This document shows positions 1 through 11,579 of a stretch of DNA of 64,000 nucleotides, piece by piece. The first letter of the stretch is position 1; each line of letters opens with the position of its first letter. The position numbers were made by a program, and so were the translations under genes. Under the pieces are notes generated by a model, which was not told the DNA's origin, searched no databases, and saw only the letters and a list, made by a program, of their open reading frames with translations. The stretch is taken from assembly GCA_036172245.1 (NCBI GenBank), contig JAYWIR010000021.1, positions 2,790,001-2,854,000 of the forward strand, given 5' to 3'. The DNA is from Raillietiella orientalis. Its lineage: Eukaryota.

Positions 1-33
1 CGTGGGACGGATGGAATTTTTCGTCGGCGTCGT

Positions 34-64
34 TGATGATGATGATGACGACGATGATGATGAT
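34..64. repeat. (GAT)n microsatellite
   Basis: gatgatgatgatgacgacgatgatgat. Confidence 0.9.
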
Positions 65-74
65 TTCTCCCTAG

Positions 75-185
75 CGTGTGCGTTCGCGGGACCCCGGAAA
101 TCATGTATTAGAAACTTGATAAGAACTTGCGGGAGCCGTGAGCACCGGCGCTGCCCCGCCGATAGCGTATCGCACAGCGTTCCAG
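75..185 (+). CDS. Sema1a: Probable semaphorin-1 exon, end of PSI/juxtamembrane ectodomain; boundaries uncertain
   Basis: Acceptor ttctccctag at 73-74 (alternative AG at 107-108). Peptide NLIRTCGSREHRRCP resembles the insect Sema1a post-PSI motif FIQNxxxGEHxxC (recalled). No canonical GT donor in the expected place. Confidence 0.45.
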
Positions 186-518
186 GAAAGTTGGCAGCTC
201 CCGGACCTTCCAGAAGTCGAAAAGCGGCCCGCGTGGCCCCCGCATCGCTCCCGTTGCCTTCGAGAGTTTCCACTTCCGCGTGCGCGCTCCTGGATCCCCC
301 CTCTGCATACAGATGACCACTTCCACATTCGATAAGCACCCCGGCAACACCTTGAATACGCAAAGGCGCGTTCTTGGATCTCTTGCGGGCGCTGCATCCA
401 GACGAACGCAGGCGGCGGGCCGTTCCCAATCGATTCCTCATTTGTTTGTTTGCCCTTCGCTTGTTCGAGCTGCAAATGTTTGATTCCGGGAGCTTCAAAA
501 ATAGATTTTTTCCTCCAG

Positions 519-632
519 CGGGCGAGCAGTTCCTCGTCTACGTAGATAAAGAGCCATCGGGGGATTCGAAATTCAGCGAGAGGAGCAATCTCCACACGAG
601 CTTTTACTCTTACAAGAACTTCAAGTCCGAAG
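519..632 (+). CDS. Sema1a: Semaphorin-1-like internal exon (AGEQFLVYVDKEPSGDSKFSERSNLHTSFYSYKNFKSE)
   Basis: ttttcctccag acceptor and aag|gtatgt donor; 114 bp, phase 1-1, open, in frame with the next exon across a 56-bp intron. Confidence 0.75.
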
Positions 633-688
633 GTATGTAAGCGGCTTCCGTGGTTCGTGGGACCTCGAATTAGAATCCCTCCCCCCAG

Positions 689-848
689 CTACCCGAGCCG
701 TCGTCAGTTCTTCCGAAAACCAGTACCCTTATTACATATTCATCATTGTGGTGAGTTTGTCCATTGTGATCGGCTTCCTCGTGGGATTCGTATTCGGCTA
801 CATGTACGCCAGGAAGAGGCGTCTTGGCGACGCCAAATACTCAGACAA
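689..848 (+). CDS. Sema1a: Semaphorin-1-like transmembrane exon (ATRAVVSSSENQYPYYIFIIVVSLSIVIGFLVGFVFGYMYARKRRLGDAKYSD)
   Basis: ccccccag acceptor and aa|gtaagg donor; hydrophobic helix with GFxxGY/F followed by basic stop-transfer RKRR, as in Sema1a. This reading is absent from the ORF track. Confidence 0.85.
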
Positions 849-903
849 GTAAGGATGTTTTTTCCCCATGTAGGTGTCGCGTAGAACGGCGCCTCCGTTC
901 CAG

Positions 904-1078
904 GTTTTCCGAATACAGCTCGATACAGAGGAAAACAGACATACGTAAGTGCAAGGATCACTCTATACCCAACAACCTGACGAATAACCTCATGAATTGT
1001 AAAACGGACAATCTGAAAGCGGTGGTTGGCGCTTTCGATTCCTCCACCCCCAAAAAAACGAAAAAGACTTACATCTAA
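904..1078 (+). CDS. Sema1a: Semaphorin-1-like terminal exon, cytoplasmic tail ending KKTKKTYI*
   Basis: 55-bp GT-AG intron 849-903, phase 2 consistent. C-terminal KKTYI matches the recalled end of grasshopper Sema1a/fasciclin IV (QKVKKTYI). Confidence 0.8.
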
Positions 1079-1578
1079 CGGCAGAGACCCGCTCTCGAGG
1101 TCAACTCGGAAAACGCTTGGTGATCCTTCTAGTCCACTCACGCGTTTTGAAACACACGTGGAAGCCCACCTGGCGCTGGGAAAGATTCTGTTCTGCAGCC
1201 AGTGGCGGGCGAGCCGGTCCCGTTAGGCGTGCAAGACTTTCCAGAACCAGGTAGAGGAACTTCTGTCCCAATCCAAGTCTTTTTTTACGATTGGCCTTGC
1301 CACATAGAAGGGGCAGCGCCCGGGACCCGAACCCTCCTCCTCCTATGCTAAAGTTTGGAACTTAACGGTGTGTCGTTGACCATAGGATCAAGTGTAAAGA
1401 AACTGATTCCCACTGGCTCTTCCGTGATCGCTTTGCTAAGATGCAGATCCCCAGTTCTTGACAACGAACGTGGGCGCGCCGGACGTACCTTTCAGCCGAG
1501 GTGCATCTTCTGTTAGATAACGAAGCACAGTGTTCGTGTTTCGGCCCAGCCCCAGAAAATAGTTTTTTGTATTCTAAG

Positions 1579-1625
1579 AATTTATTTATCCAAATATTTT
1601 CATGTAATAAAAGGAATTTTTCTAA
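1579..1625 (+). promoter_or_regulatory. Polyadenylation signal and AU-rich element of the semaphorin 3' UTR
   Basis: ATTTATTTA at ~1580-1588, AATAAA at 1606-1611, T-rich downstream; ~530 nt after the stop. Confidence 0.6.
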
Positions 1626-1727
1626 TTTCTCCCCCCGGGACCCTTTCCGCAGAGCGACCATTCTTTTTTCTTTTCTTTTTTTTGCCCTCACGAACTCGCC
1701 GCATTTCCCTTTCTTCTTGGTGTGTAG

Positions 1728-2172
1728 AGTGCGTTACCTGCAAGAGCGCTTAGTGACCGAAGCGCGAGATGCCGAGGGAGCACCGGGTGCGTCCCGGTCC
1801 ACCCTACCTCAGACTGCTCCGTCTTCTGGCATTTGGTCTTGCCGAGGGGGTTTTCAGGAGTACCGCGTGGGAGTTGGCCCTGAGGCGCACGACACGTCCA
1901 CCGCCGCGTTGACCGATCCTCTGACCGAGGCTTCTCGAGCTGCGCAAAGTACAGAAAACTTCGTTTCAGGTCTCGGCTGGGGTTCGAAGCTGACTCGCTG
2001 TCCCCCTCCCCCCGAGTTCCCGCTCCCTCATAAACGAAGCAACTTTTTCCTAACCAAAACACGAGAGTTGGAATTGCTTGGGGAAGAAATTTCGTTTCTT
2101 CGAGGTTCTTCGGTGAAATCGGATTCATGGAGAGCAGCACCCCACCACTACTTATCCATTTCCCCGGAATGA
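1728..2172 (+). CDS. Candidate alternative terminal exon(s) of the semaphorin gene
   Basis: Polypyrimidine tract plus tag/ag acceptor at 1726-1729; frame open to 2172; phase-compatible with donors at 849 or 945. No recognisable homology. Confidence 0.3.
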
Positions 2173-2403
2173 GCAATGCATGAAGGCTCCAGTGGCTGAA
2201 GACGTTTGTTTAGGTTTCAATCTCTTAAGGAAAACGTTGTTCGTCCCGCCAGGTGCCCTTTTCCTGACTGCACCTCGTTTCTCAGGAGCCCAGCGGGAAC
2301 AAAAACATCCAATCCGAGCAAACACTTCTTTACGATTTTCCAAGTCTGCTATTTATGTTTTTTTTTTTTTTTTTTTGAGGGGGGGGAGGGGAGGAATATT
2401 CCT

Positions 2404-2640
2404 TTATGGATCCGGAGATTTCTTGCACCGAGCACCGTGCAGAGTTGAGAGGCAGTTTTCCTCTTGAGACCCGAGGACCACGAGAAGGATGTGAGAGAAG
2501 AATCCACAAATTGGGATGAACATCCTTCCTGCAGAATCGGTGGTGTTCGCCTTTGAGAGTTGCGAAGAAAATTGCTTGTGGCTCATCCATTGGCGCGGTG
2601 ATGTCACGACTTCTGCTGTGGTAAGGAAACCCACCCTAGG
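2404..2640 (-). mobile_element. Possible L1/Tx1-like LINE C-terminal remnant
   Basis: Cross-frame peptide HPNLWILL..RGKLPL..ARCK resembles the zf-RVT region; weak. Confidence 0.3.
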
Positions 2641-3189
2641 AAACCAAGTTTCTTTGAAACTGAAGGATGGGAAGCGCCGTGGAAGAGTTTCGAAAAACCC
2701 AAAGGCAGAAGAAGGAAAGAAGCATGCGGCTCGCTGCCAGGATTGCGGGTGAACAGCAATGTGCTACTGCCCATGTTACCGTGGTTACTGTTTGACCTTC
2801 CTCTACGTGCCTGAATCCGAAGCGAGTTTTTTGATTCTCTCAAATGCAGTCTACCCTAAAATGCATCTGGATCAAATGCTGGATCTTTTTCTTTTTTTTT
2901 TTTCAAATCAGATAACTGAACTCTGAAAGAGTCACGACCGCAAAACCAAACCGTAACATTACTGATGCAAGAAATGTTTCCGTCGTTATTTGGAGTTTCC
3001 TAGCACTTCGACTTTCTAGGCAGGAAAATGACTGCAGATATTCCCATCCGGGAAGTGTCCAATGTCAACTGGAAGGTGACATCACCTTCCTGAAACCTCG
3101 AGGGAAGAATGAATTACTTGAGCTTCCGTCGTCCCAGAAGGGGGTGGTGCTCCAGGGTTTTCGAGATGTAACAACAGCAACAGCACCGA

Positions 3190-3550
3190 ATGGCGAGGGC
3201 ATTTAAGTGGATACCGGCTGGATCGGTTCGGGAAGATGAACGACGGGATTCGTTCGAAATGAGCAGTCTGCTGGAAGGAGGTTTCTGTGTCGTCTCGGTC
3301 AGCGGGAACCTCACTTCCAGTCAAGCCAACTTCAAGCCTCAACCCAGTTCTTCAGCCTTGTGGATGGCACGGTCCATGGAAATCACGCCGGAAATTCGGG
3401 AAAGCCAGGGACCGGGAACAGCAAGGCGAGATCCGTCTCCAGGGTAGCTGCTGCTGTCCGCCGTCCGACTCCCCGCAAGCCCCGCGGGTGCGCAGCACGC
3501 TGGCCAGCTGCCTGCGTTGCGAGGAGGTTGCGTTAATTTGCATCAGAGCT
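3190..3550 (-). mobile_element. L1/Tx1-like LINE zf-RVT remnant
   Basis: LPWRRI...RRDF/RAIH/RTGLRL...DTET..HF across frameshifts fits W..I..RDF.W...H..L.T..RL..C..C..ET..H. Confidence 0.45.
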
Positions 3551-3635
3551 TTTTCTTGGCAGAGCTCCGTTCCCCTTTCCCAGCTGGCGTGGCGCGGATA
3601 CGAAAACAGAGCGCGCTTCGTGATTTCCTAAGAGC

Positions 3636-3637
<2 letters not shown>

Positions 3638-3671
<34 letters not shown>
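3638..3671. repeat. (CT)n microsatellite
   Basis: Direct inspection. Confidence 0.95.
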
Positions 3672-3673
<2 letters not shown>

Positions 3674-4379
3674 GGTGTTGGCAGCAAAGCAAACGCTGCT
3701 GCTGACCAGGGCGCGATTTGTTTTGTTGTTTTCCTTGTGAAGGGAAAACCTGTGACTGTGATTTCGCAGCTTTCGCTCCCACTTATCGCCGTGAGCTACC
3801 TCCCTCGTCCGGAAGTCAAGGAGTGCAAGAAACCGAAGAGCGATCTCTAAAAAGAAACAACCGCCACAGAAGGAAAGGTTTGCAGGAGGAGTTGCTTTCG
3901 GAGAAAGTGCTCGGACATCGTCCGATGTCTTTCGTAAAGTCAGGAGGCTGTGTTTATTTTAGGTACCTCGTTCTTCGCAACGCCTCCCTCGTTTCCTGCT
4001 TTCTTCTCCTGGTATTTTTCCAAACAAAAGTGCTGCACAAGCTCTCTGGTGTACCTAAATTCCATATGTAACCCAAAGACTGTACCTCGTGTACATCGGT
4101 CCGGTGAAGGGGCTACTCAAGCCGTCGCTGGTTCTGGAGCTTCTCGTAACTTTTTTCCGTATCTCCAGCTGATTCTCACCCTCTCTGCGTCATTTCCGTT
4201 CTGTCCTTCTTCCTGAGAAAGTGGTGAAGTTTTTCGCCTCGGCAAAGATGATTGTGGTAGTCGCCTTCGTGTGATCCTTTAATTTGTCGAATTGCGGGCT
4301 GCCCTTCTCTCCTTTCTTTTTTTTTTTTTTCTTTCTTTAATCGCAGCCTTTCCGGAACGAGGCTTCTGTTTGTCTTTTC

Positions 4380-5560
4380 CTGCTCGACTCTGTCTGCGTC
4401 ATCCGAGTGCTTTGGGGATGATTTTCGAGCATCTCGGCAGTGGAAAATTACCTCCTTTCTGCAGGTGGCGAATTGCCGGAGTCTTCTCCTTCTTCATCCG
4501 AACCCGCCTTCTTCTTTGGGCTGTGCTGTTTTTATTCCCCGTAAAAGGGAACAAAACGTCCGTTTCCACCAAAGGATCACTCTTCTGCCTGTTTCATCGG
4601 GAGTTTCGCTGTCGGATGGGGAACTGGCCGCGAGGCAGGAAAACAGGAGAAGAGAGGAGCATAAAGGATTCGCCGTGAAACAAGTGAAACGGAAGGAAAC
4701 GAGTAATGCGGTTTTCCACTTCAGCCTTCGTGCATGAACCGTTTGGTGCCATTGTGTCAACCCTTGAAACCGAATTGAAGTTTCGAAGGAAATCGCTTCT
4801 CCCTAAAATCACTTACGCATGGGGAAATGAAAAATGCAGCCCCGGCGCTAATCGCCAGTCCGAGTTCTCCCGTTGCCCGATATGTGATGTCTGATGGTTT
4901 GGTGAGGAATAAAAGAGGTTCAGAAAGTGCAGAGCATCTACTACTCAAGAGGACGCCTCCACGAGCTTTCAGACGTCTTTCAAACTCTCAGCGAAAATTA
5001 CTTACTACTTGCCGGGAGTAATCTCGTGACAGTGATTGGAAGTGTGACGTCTTAACCATCTATGAGGAGTCCAAGGAAAAGCTATCAAATGTCGCGAATG
5101 TTTATAAAGCCGCTGAAAGCTGTAAAGTATGGGGAAGGGATTCCTTCCGTCTCCTCCTCCGAAATTCCCATCCCCTGTCTTCGGTCTGGGACAGCACTGA
5201 TGAAATTTTTCACTGGGAGATGCTGAAGAATCACCAAGGGAAGAGAACCAGCCTGCTTAGCTGTGCAGTCTGTACGAAGGCGGACCATCCTGCCAAAAAA
5301 AAAAAATGCTGTCGGAGAGCCGAATGCCTGTGAAATCCGAAATGGAGTTTGGAACACTTCCAAGGGATCGTCTCTAAGTCGGAAGGCTCGAAATCACGGA
5401 GTCGCCAGGCAACCGTCCTCAGTAAAATGAAGTCGAAATATCGAAGTGCAGCGGAGAGTTCGTGTCCCAATACTTTGCTCATGGACACGCTCATCTGTGT
5501 GCTTCTGAGCCTTTCCCCGTCCACCTGGAAAGGGTTCCGTAGGGGGATTTCGCTGCTCAC
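4380..5560 (-). mobile_element. Decayed hAT transposase fossil
   Basis: Ordered motifs: RLRTDCTAK..LPVKNFI..ISEEE (~5150-5290), AAFFISP (~4830), DPL/WWK/LFP (~4550-4580), PAERR*FSTA (~4440-4470, dimerisation domain). Confidence 0.6.
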
Positions 5561-5699
5561 GTGCGTTCCGAGTCCTGCTTCCGGTTCCGCCGATGATCAT
5601 CAAGGCTGGCAGGGCACCTCACGTCACAACGAGACATCTCCAATCCTTTCGTGAGCAGCTGGAATGGGAAGGGGAGAGCCACACACACCGCGCGAGCAC

Positions 5700-5970
5700 G
5701 AATGCACGCCCGGTCGTGAGAAGAACACGCGTTGCTGCTGCACGAGCTGCAGAAGGCCCCGTTCCAGGTGGAGGGCAGTCGGCTGCTGGAACGAATGCAC
5801 GCTCCCACACTCTTGAAGCACTCGCCCCGGTCTTACGAGAGGAACCTCTGGCTACCGAACCGGTCTCTTGCAGAGGCAACGCGTGTTCTTCTCACGAGGA
5901 GGTAGCGGCATTGCCCAACGGTCGCAGTGGCGTTTTTCCAAAGGGCCATCTAACAGGCGCTGGCGGAGGA
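5700..5970 (-). mobile_element. Possible LINE 3' remnant containing a 33-bp inverted repeat
   Basis: LWKNATA..RFGSQRFLS resembles a Tx1 C-terminus (weak); inverted repeat 5714-5746 / 5865-5897 is directly visible. Confidence 0.3.
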
Positions 5971-7199
5971 CTGTTGCTGATCTGGCGGAGGTCATTGCTC
6001 GTTAAAATGCAAAAGCGTGTGGAAACCTTTGCCTGGAAATGAGAGGTTCTCTAAGCAGCATCGTTCTGGAGGGAGCCCTTGGGGTACTTTTCGATGGAAA
6101 GGCAGTTCTTGCATCCTCCTTGAGCCAGGTTCTTCGTTTCACAAAGGAATCGCTTTCGCGACGGTGTGGGGCTTTTCTGCCGAGCAGAGAACCTTTGGGT
6201 TTCTGACGGAGAAGCGAACGCTCGCCATGACCTAACGGTAGCACCGAATGAGGACTCGCAATTTTTCCAGCAATTGAGCCTCCACTGCCAAACGCTGCTT
6301 TGTGAGAGAAAGAAACTCTGACAGGTCACTCCTTTCTCCTCTTTTCGGATTTGCCGCTCTGTTTTTTTTTTTTTCTCTTTGGAGGGGATCGAAAGAGAAA
6401 CAACGAAGGAGTAAAAAGGGAGACAAACAGGCGCATTCTGAGCACGGGAACAAGTCGGAAGCCCACGCTCTCTTACCTATTTTCAGACAATATGTCCCTA
6501 CACCTTCGTTGCAGTTGGGGGATTGTGGGCAAGGAAAAATGGAAGAGCTTCTCCATCCGGATGACGCTCGTTTCCGTGAGGGATGGACAGAGTAGATATT
6601 TCGGATGCTGGACGCATCTACTGACCGTTCCCAAAACACAACAAGCAGCTGTTGCGGCTGTAATTTATCCGGAAAGTGTTCCCGAACCGATCATTCGAAA
6701 AGAATAGCATCATGAGATACGAGTTTCCATGGATGAAGGTCTCCTTTGTCTTCTCGTTGGAGCTTAGAAGACATGGATACAAAGTGCACTTTAATGTGAT
6801 GTAACTCTGGAACCGTTTCCATCTTCGAGGCTGGGCTGAGCAAGCATCCCGAAATGAAGCGTGTCTGTCTCCTTCATGACCGGACCCTCTTCATATCTTC
6901 GTGTTCACGACCGTCTCGTGTGAGAATGGAAAAAATGTAGACAGCAGCTCGAAAGCGAGCAGCGAAAAGGTTCGTCAGGAAAAGGAAATGACTTGTAAAT
7001 TGAGACTCGTGTATCTGGTCAGCGAAATCTATCGTGTTCTACATGGTTCCCGATAGGTTTGTTCTGAAGCACACGTCCTAAAGCTAGTGAGGGTTTCTGG
7101 AAAACCAGAGGCATCCACGGTTCACACAAGGTGTGGCATCTGTCTCAATGCCGGTGGAATCGTGTCCTCTCAGTCTTACGCTAACAGCCTAAAAATAAA

Positions 7200-8470
7200 C
7201 CATGCAAGAGGTCATGAATAAATGGTCCTTCCTTACACACGATTGCCAAATGATGACAGTGATTGACGTGACAGGTTTCATGTGTGTACGTGTATGTATG
7301 GATGCGTGTATATGTGATCCGAAACCAAGACAGAAAAGTCAAGTCAAGCTTCGAATCATCGAATCATCTTTAGTGGCTCTTTCTCTCTTCCGGAGTCGAG
7401 GCACGAGGAATTGCCTAACGATGGATCCAAGGCAGTATTCGGAAAAGCGGAAAGCGTGCCCATACAGTAGTCGAGAGGAACCGTACCAGCTTCGGCGGTA
7501 CATACACTGGAATAGGCGCTGATGCATCTCCTTAAGCTGGACATCACACGGGAGAGTAGCACCAAGTGAATTGGCCCAAGTGATGCACAGCTGTTTGGGA
7601 TGGGTTCCTAATCATCTGCGATTTTCCGAAATGCTTGGTCTGAAATTCTTTGAGATTTCACTTGCATTGACTCAGGAATGCATATGAATATGAAATACCC
7701 GTTCAATGTGAATCTTTGAATCCCGTAAGTAAAACGTAGTTTAAGGTAATGTAATATCTTACGTAATAGTCCGCTGAGTTTGCCTGACGTAGACGGCAAC
7801 GTATCGGCTGATGTTGAGAATTCCGATCTGATTATCTTGCGAGTACCTTCACTCATGCAGAGTAACTCTGACTGCGGAGGAGATGAGGCTGAATTTTCAA
7901 CGGTGTACTCAATCGTAATTAATTATCAACCTACTGATGGGAGGATCCAGCAATCTCATCTTTTTGTAAAGTGCATACCCGCCGTTACTCCTGTTGGGTA
8001 TGGATAGAAAGACCTACAAAAAAAACCTTCTGTATTTGCTTTGCATGTGATTGCATCAAACTGTTACATTATTAATGAAAAATCTCTATGATTGATAACT
8101 TAACGTAGGAAGCTATGTGAATGATACGTACATTCATGTGTACACAGACTTGCGTTGCATCAATGCTTATATGGTAGAAAAGTGTGTAATGGAAAAAAAG
8201 CAGCTTCACACATCATGACATCTTCTAGCAGTCTCACCTTAATGCATGACGTGTCTCGGAGCGTCATTCATACGTGCGAATTTTCGCTATTATCATACTT
8301 GATGATAATACTCGACATGATGACAGTTTGGCGATTGCAGCATCGATTCTTCAGTCAGTATTTTAACCGTATAACGCACTGGGGTTGTGACTCGATGAGA
8401 AATTGTTTCCATTTGGGAGTTCACTCCTTCAAGAGGAGTGTGCCCGATGAGGAAATTCTGAGAGACAGCT
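7200..8470 (+). mobile_element. Decayed hAT transposase fossil, ZMYM1/ZNF862/Charlie-like
   Basis: DE..SIVINY..DGRIQQSHLF (~7880-7965) fits DE..L.I.VRY..G.I.E.FL; TD..ASM..GRK (~8145-8180); SHLN (~8235); ITHW (~8371). Confidence 0.5.
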
Positions 8471-8499
8471 GATTGCAGCCTCCCTAATGTCAGAAAGAT

Positions 8500-9600
8500 A
8501 ATCTCGTCTTAGCTAGAAGGAACCATCCCGATGCAAAGAGCACCGGTAACTTTCTTCTGGTGAATGGTCCCGCTGCTTCGGTGGCACTCCCCCATTTCTC
8601 GCCCTACAGATCCTATTCTTCCTGCTGCTGCTGCCTGAAGCAAGAATTTCCTTCTTTCACGAAGGAGCGTACCGTTTTCCCGGATAAGTGGACAATGACC
8701 GACACGAAGGCGGTGGTTTTCACGTGAATGAAGACTCCATGTCTTCCGCTGCTCAGAGTGGTCGTAGGTGCGGGCAGTGCTTTCTGTAGCGATCTCTAAA
8801 ATCAGAATACTTGAGATTTCGTTTCCTCTGATGTTCCATAGAAGTTTCCTCTCCCCCCCCCCCGGCACGCCCAATGTAAATGAGGAAATCCTATTCAAGA
8901 AAAAAAAAAAAAAAAAGGGATGGGTGAGGGGACAGAAATAAAACGTGGACCATGTTCTTTTTCTGCATCTGCTAAGCATTCATCCTTTCTCATCTGTGTT
9001 TCGCGTTTTAGCAAAGTAGCAACTGCGTCAGCTGTCGTCGAGACTTATATTTAGCCTGCTGCCAGTTTTGAAGCCGATGATGGTCCAGCACGTTTGCTCC
9101 GCTGACTGAACTTTCAAAACTGGACTTCTGAAAAAGGACAGAAGTTCGTTTTCCGAGAGAGTACGGAGCTGAAAGACTCGTGATTTTTTTGATGGTAGAG
9201 AAGATTAGAGGCAGATAACCTTTGTCTGTTTTCACACTTGCAGATTTTCAAGGATAGGTTCATCTCGAGAACTTTCTCTTCGGGACGCCAGCTTCCTTTT
9301 TGGGAGAGTTTGGCTTGTCTCGTGAATTCCTTCTGGACCCCCTGTTGGACGTAACTTCCGATGCTTTGAGATCTGTCTCGCGCGGAAGCCACCGATAAAT
9401 TCAACCCTCATTCCAGAGATTATCGGAAGCAACTAGAGGTTGCTCTTCATACTTTCCTCGTGGTACAGAAAAAAGGGTGCCAGCCTCTATGCACACACAG
9501 CTAGCATCATCTTCAGCACTGAATTCTGACAGCAGAGGAGAAAGGTCCAGTAAGAGCCGAATGGTCAACCAGCCATCTTCGTTTCTTCTCTCTCCCACTC
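8500..9600 (-). mobile_element. Decayed hAT transposase fossil
   Basis: GMR/WNLS (~9400), ANVLDH (~9090), then LPAPTTT.S/RKTWS/FIHVK..RLR (~8700-8790) fitting P.TS..ERxWS..IHTK.RNRL. Confidence 0.55.
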
Positions 9601-9649
9601 TCTCTCTCTTTTTTTTTTTTTTTTAGGAACGTTTCCTCAGGAAATTCAA

Positions 9650-10300
9650 GGCGGATTTGCTCATCTGGTTTCCAAGTTCCTCCAGAGCGGATGAAGGACC
9701 GTGTGGCCCGGCTCAATCCATTCTCATCATTTCTCCAAACGGTGGCTTTTTCCCATGCACTGGCACGGGTTTCCCTTATCTCACAGGGCGCACAGCTTCA
9801 TCTGGACCGAAAGTCGGTGAAGGTTGGAACCAAAAGTTTCCCCTCTCTGCACAAGAACTCAGCACTCCGTGCTGCCATGCTTTGGGAATCGTTAGCAGAG
9901 GACCACAATGCGTACATTCTCCTGGAAGGGATGTATCGTTCTTTCATGAATGACCGATATGAACGGAAAACGAAATTTTCGGAGTCCAGAGGGCGATTTT
10001 TGGATGCATATAACTAACAGCATGAAGTTGCGATCCCAGAGCCTGACTGATGGGCTAATAGCCAAACATGAATTTAATGTGACAGCGGCCGTTGGTCATT
10101 CGAATTTTCCTGACTTTCCGTTCGAAAGATTTTCCCACTCTGAGCACGCAGCTTTCCATGAAATAACCAAAACCGGCCAAAAGGAAGAAGCAAACACAGA
10201 AAAATGGCATAGATTATTGTTCCCATTACTCATAAGGAACGGCCGATGAAGTCTTTAAGTAAACGTATTTATGGTCAAGTTCGGGAAGTGTCTGTGATTT
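9650..10300 (+). mobile_element. Decayed hAT transposase fossil (DUF659-type)
   Basis: RMKD..L, FFPCT/ARVSLI (~9750-9785, like PCxAHxLxL), AMLWES (~9880, like TRWxS). Confidence 0.4.
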
Positions 10301-11579
10301 GTGGCATCATTAAATTGGATGGGCGGATGCATGTATTTGTATTATTATTTTTTTTTTTTTTTTGGGGGGGGGGGGGAAGAGATTAATTCCTTGTCATCTG
10401 CCATGACTGGTGGAACTAAAATACCTATCAGAATGATGATGTTTGCTTTCTTTGGTGAGAGGCTATGACCTTTGGGAAAGAAGAGAACGTTTGAGCCATT
10501 TGAACTCTCGTATTCTGCGGAACATGAATTTGCTGTTAGCAGAAAACGATTAGGAATTTTTAATTTGGGAAGTGAAATTTTATCTTGGATATCTGATGCT
10601 CGTGGCGTTAATAAGCACATTCTGATAAGGCCGAAATGTGCACGTGATTGTGACGTGCTTTCACAAGTGCGCATCACAATATCACAATCCCGAGCGCAGT
10701 TCTACGCATTCCAATTCATTTGATGTTGGTTTCGTTGTTTATAATGAAGTGCATCCGTGTAATTAAGGAAGTTCGTTTTCTCATCATTAGCCAAATTGAC
10801 TTATCGAGTCATCATGTATCTTTGGAAACCATCTATGGACTCTTTCTGCAGCAGCGTTTTGGCATGCAATCCAAGACGCTTCGAGACCGCGGAACCAGAT
10901 GCGTTTTTTCCTGCATCCTCGTGGAGCATTTCGGAATCCGGTTCCGAGTTCTCTTTCGTGGGTTGGTTCTCCGTCGATGAGAAACGGGAGCTCACCTTCA
11001 GCACTTCTTCTCGTTCCTGATCACCAGGAGCGGTCTGCGATCTTCTGCGCTGCCGTCCTCCCAGAAAGACCTCTGCTCCGTCGCAGGCATTTTCATTTGA
11101 TCGAAAATACTCCAATACAGTTGACACCAAGGCGATTTCGCTCTCCTGAAGATCTGCCAGCTGCGTTTCCTCTCTGTGCTCTAACTGCAGCCGGAATGGA
11201 TTCTTGGTGTTTCTTTCCCTTTGATGAAATCAGACACTCATCGAATGAGATAATAATCTGCAATAATCACACATCACACATCTGCAATGATTCCCTAACC
11301 TCAGGAGCAAGGATGCTGAGCATCCTTCATCGAAGCCACAAAAAACCCTGCTGGCATACCTAATTCACCACTCTCCTGATCTCGTTCGTTCAGAAAATTC
11401 CAGTCTTCTGAAGGGTATCTGAGGCAGGGAAGGTACAATTACTAAGCTGTTTCCGTTGCCTTGGCAGCAAACACCATGCAAACGAGTCCTTGGTATTGCC
11501 TCATCATCGGAAGAATTTCTCTTGAAAGGCCAAATGTGCTCCTCGGCATGAGAATGACAGCACAATAGGAAAAAAAAAA

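Noticed and set aside
2..74. Poly-Asp coding region
   Set aside because: GAT microsatellite immediately upstream of a splice acceptor, so probably intronic.
1386..1396. U2 snRNA-like gatcaagtgta (and gttcttatcagctt at ~49638)
   Set aside because: Only 11-14 nt, flanks do not extend, and far from the Utopia-like element.
7780..8007. Ecdysteroid kinase-like (EcKL) N-terminal exon
   Set aside because: Superficial GD..STVY..LFVKCIP similarity, but the downstream motifs follow hAT order and there is no exon structure or kinase motif.
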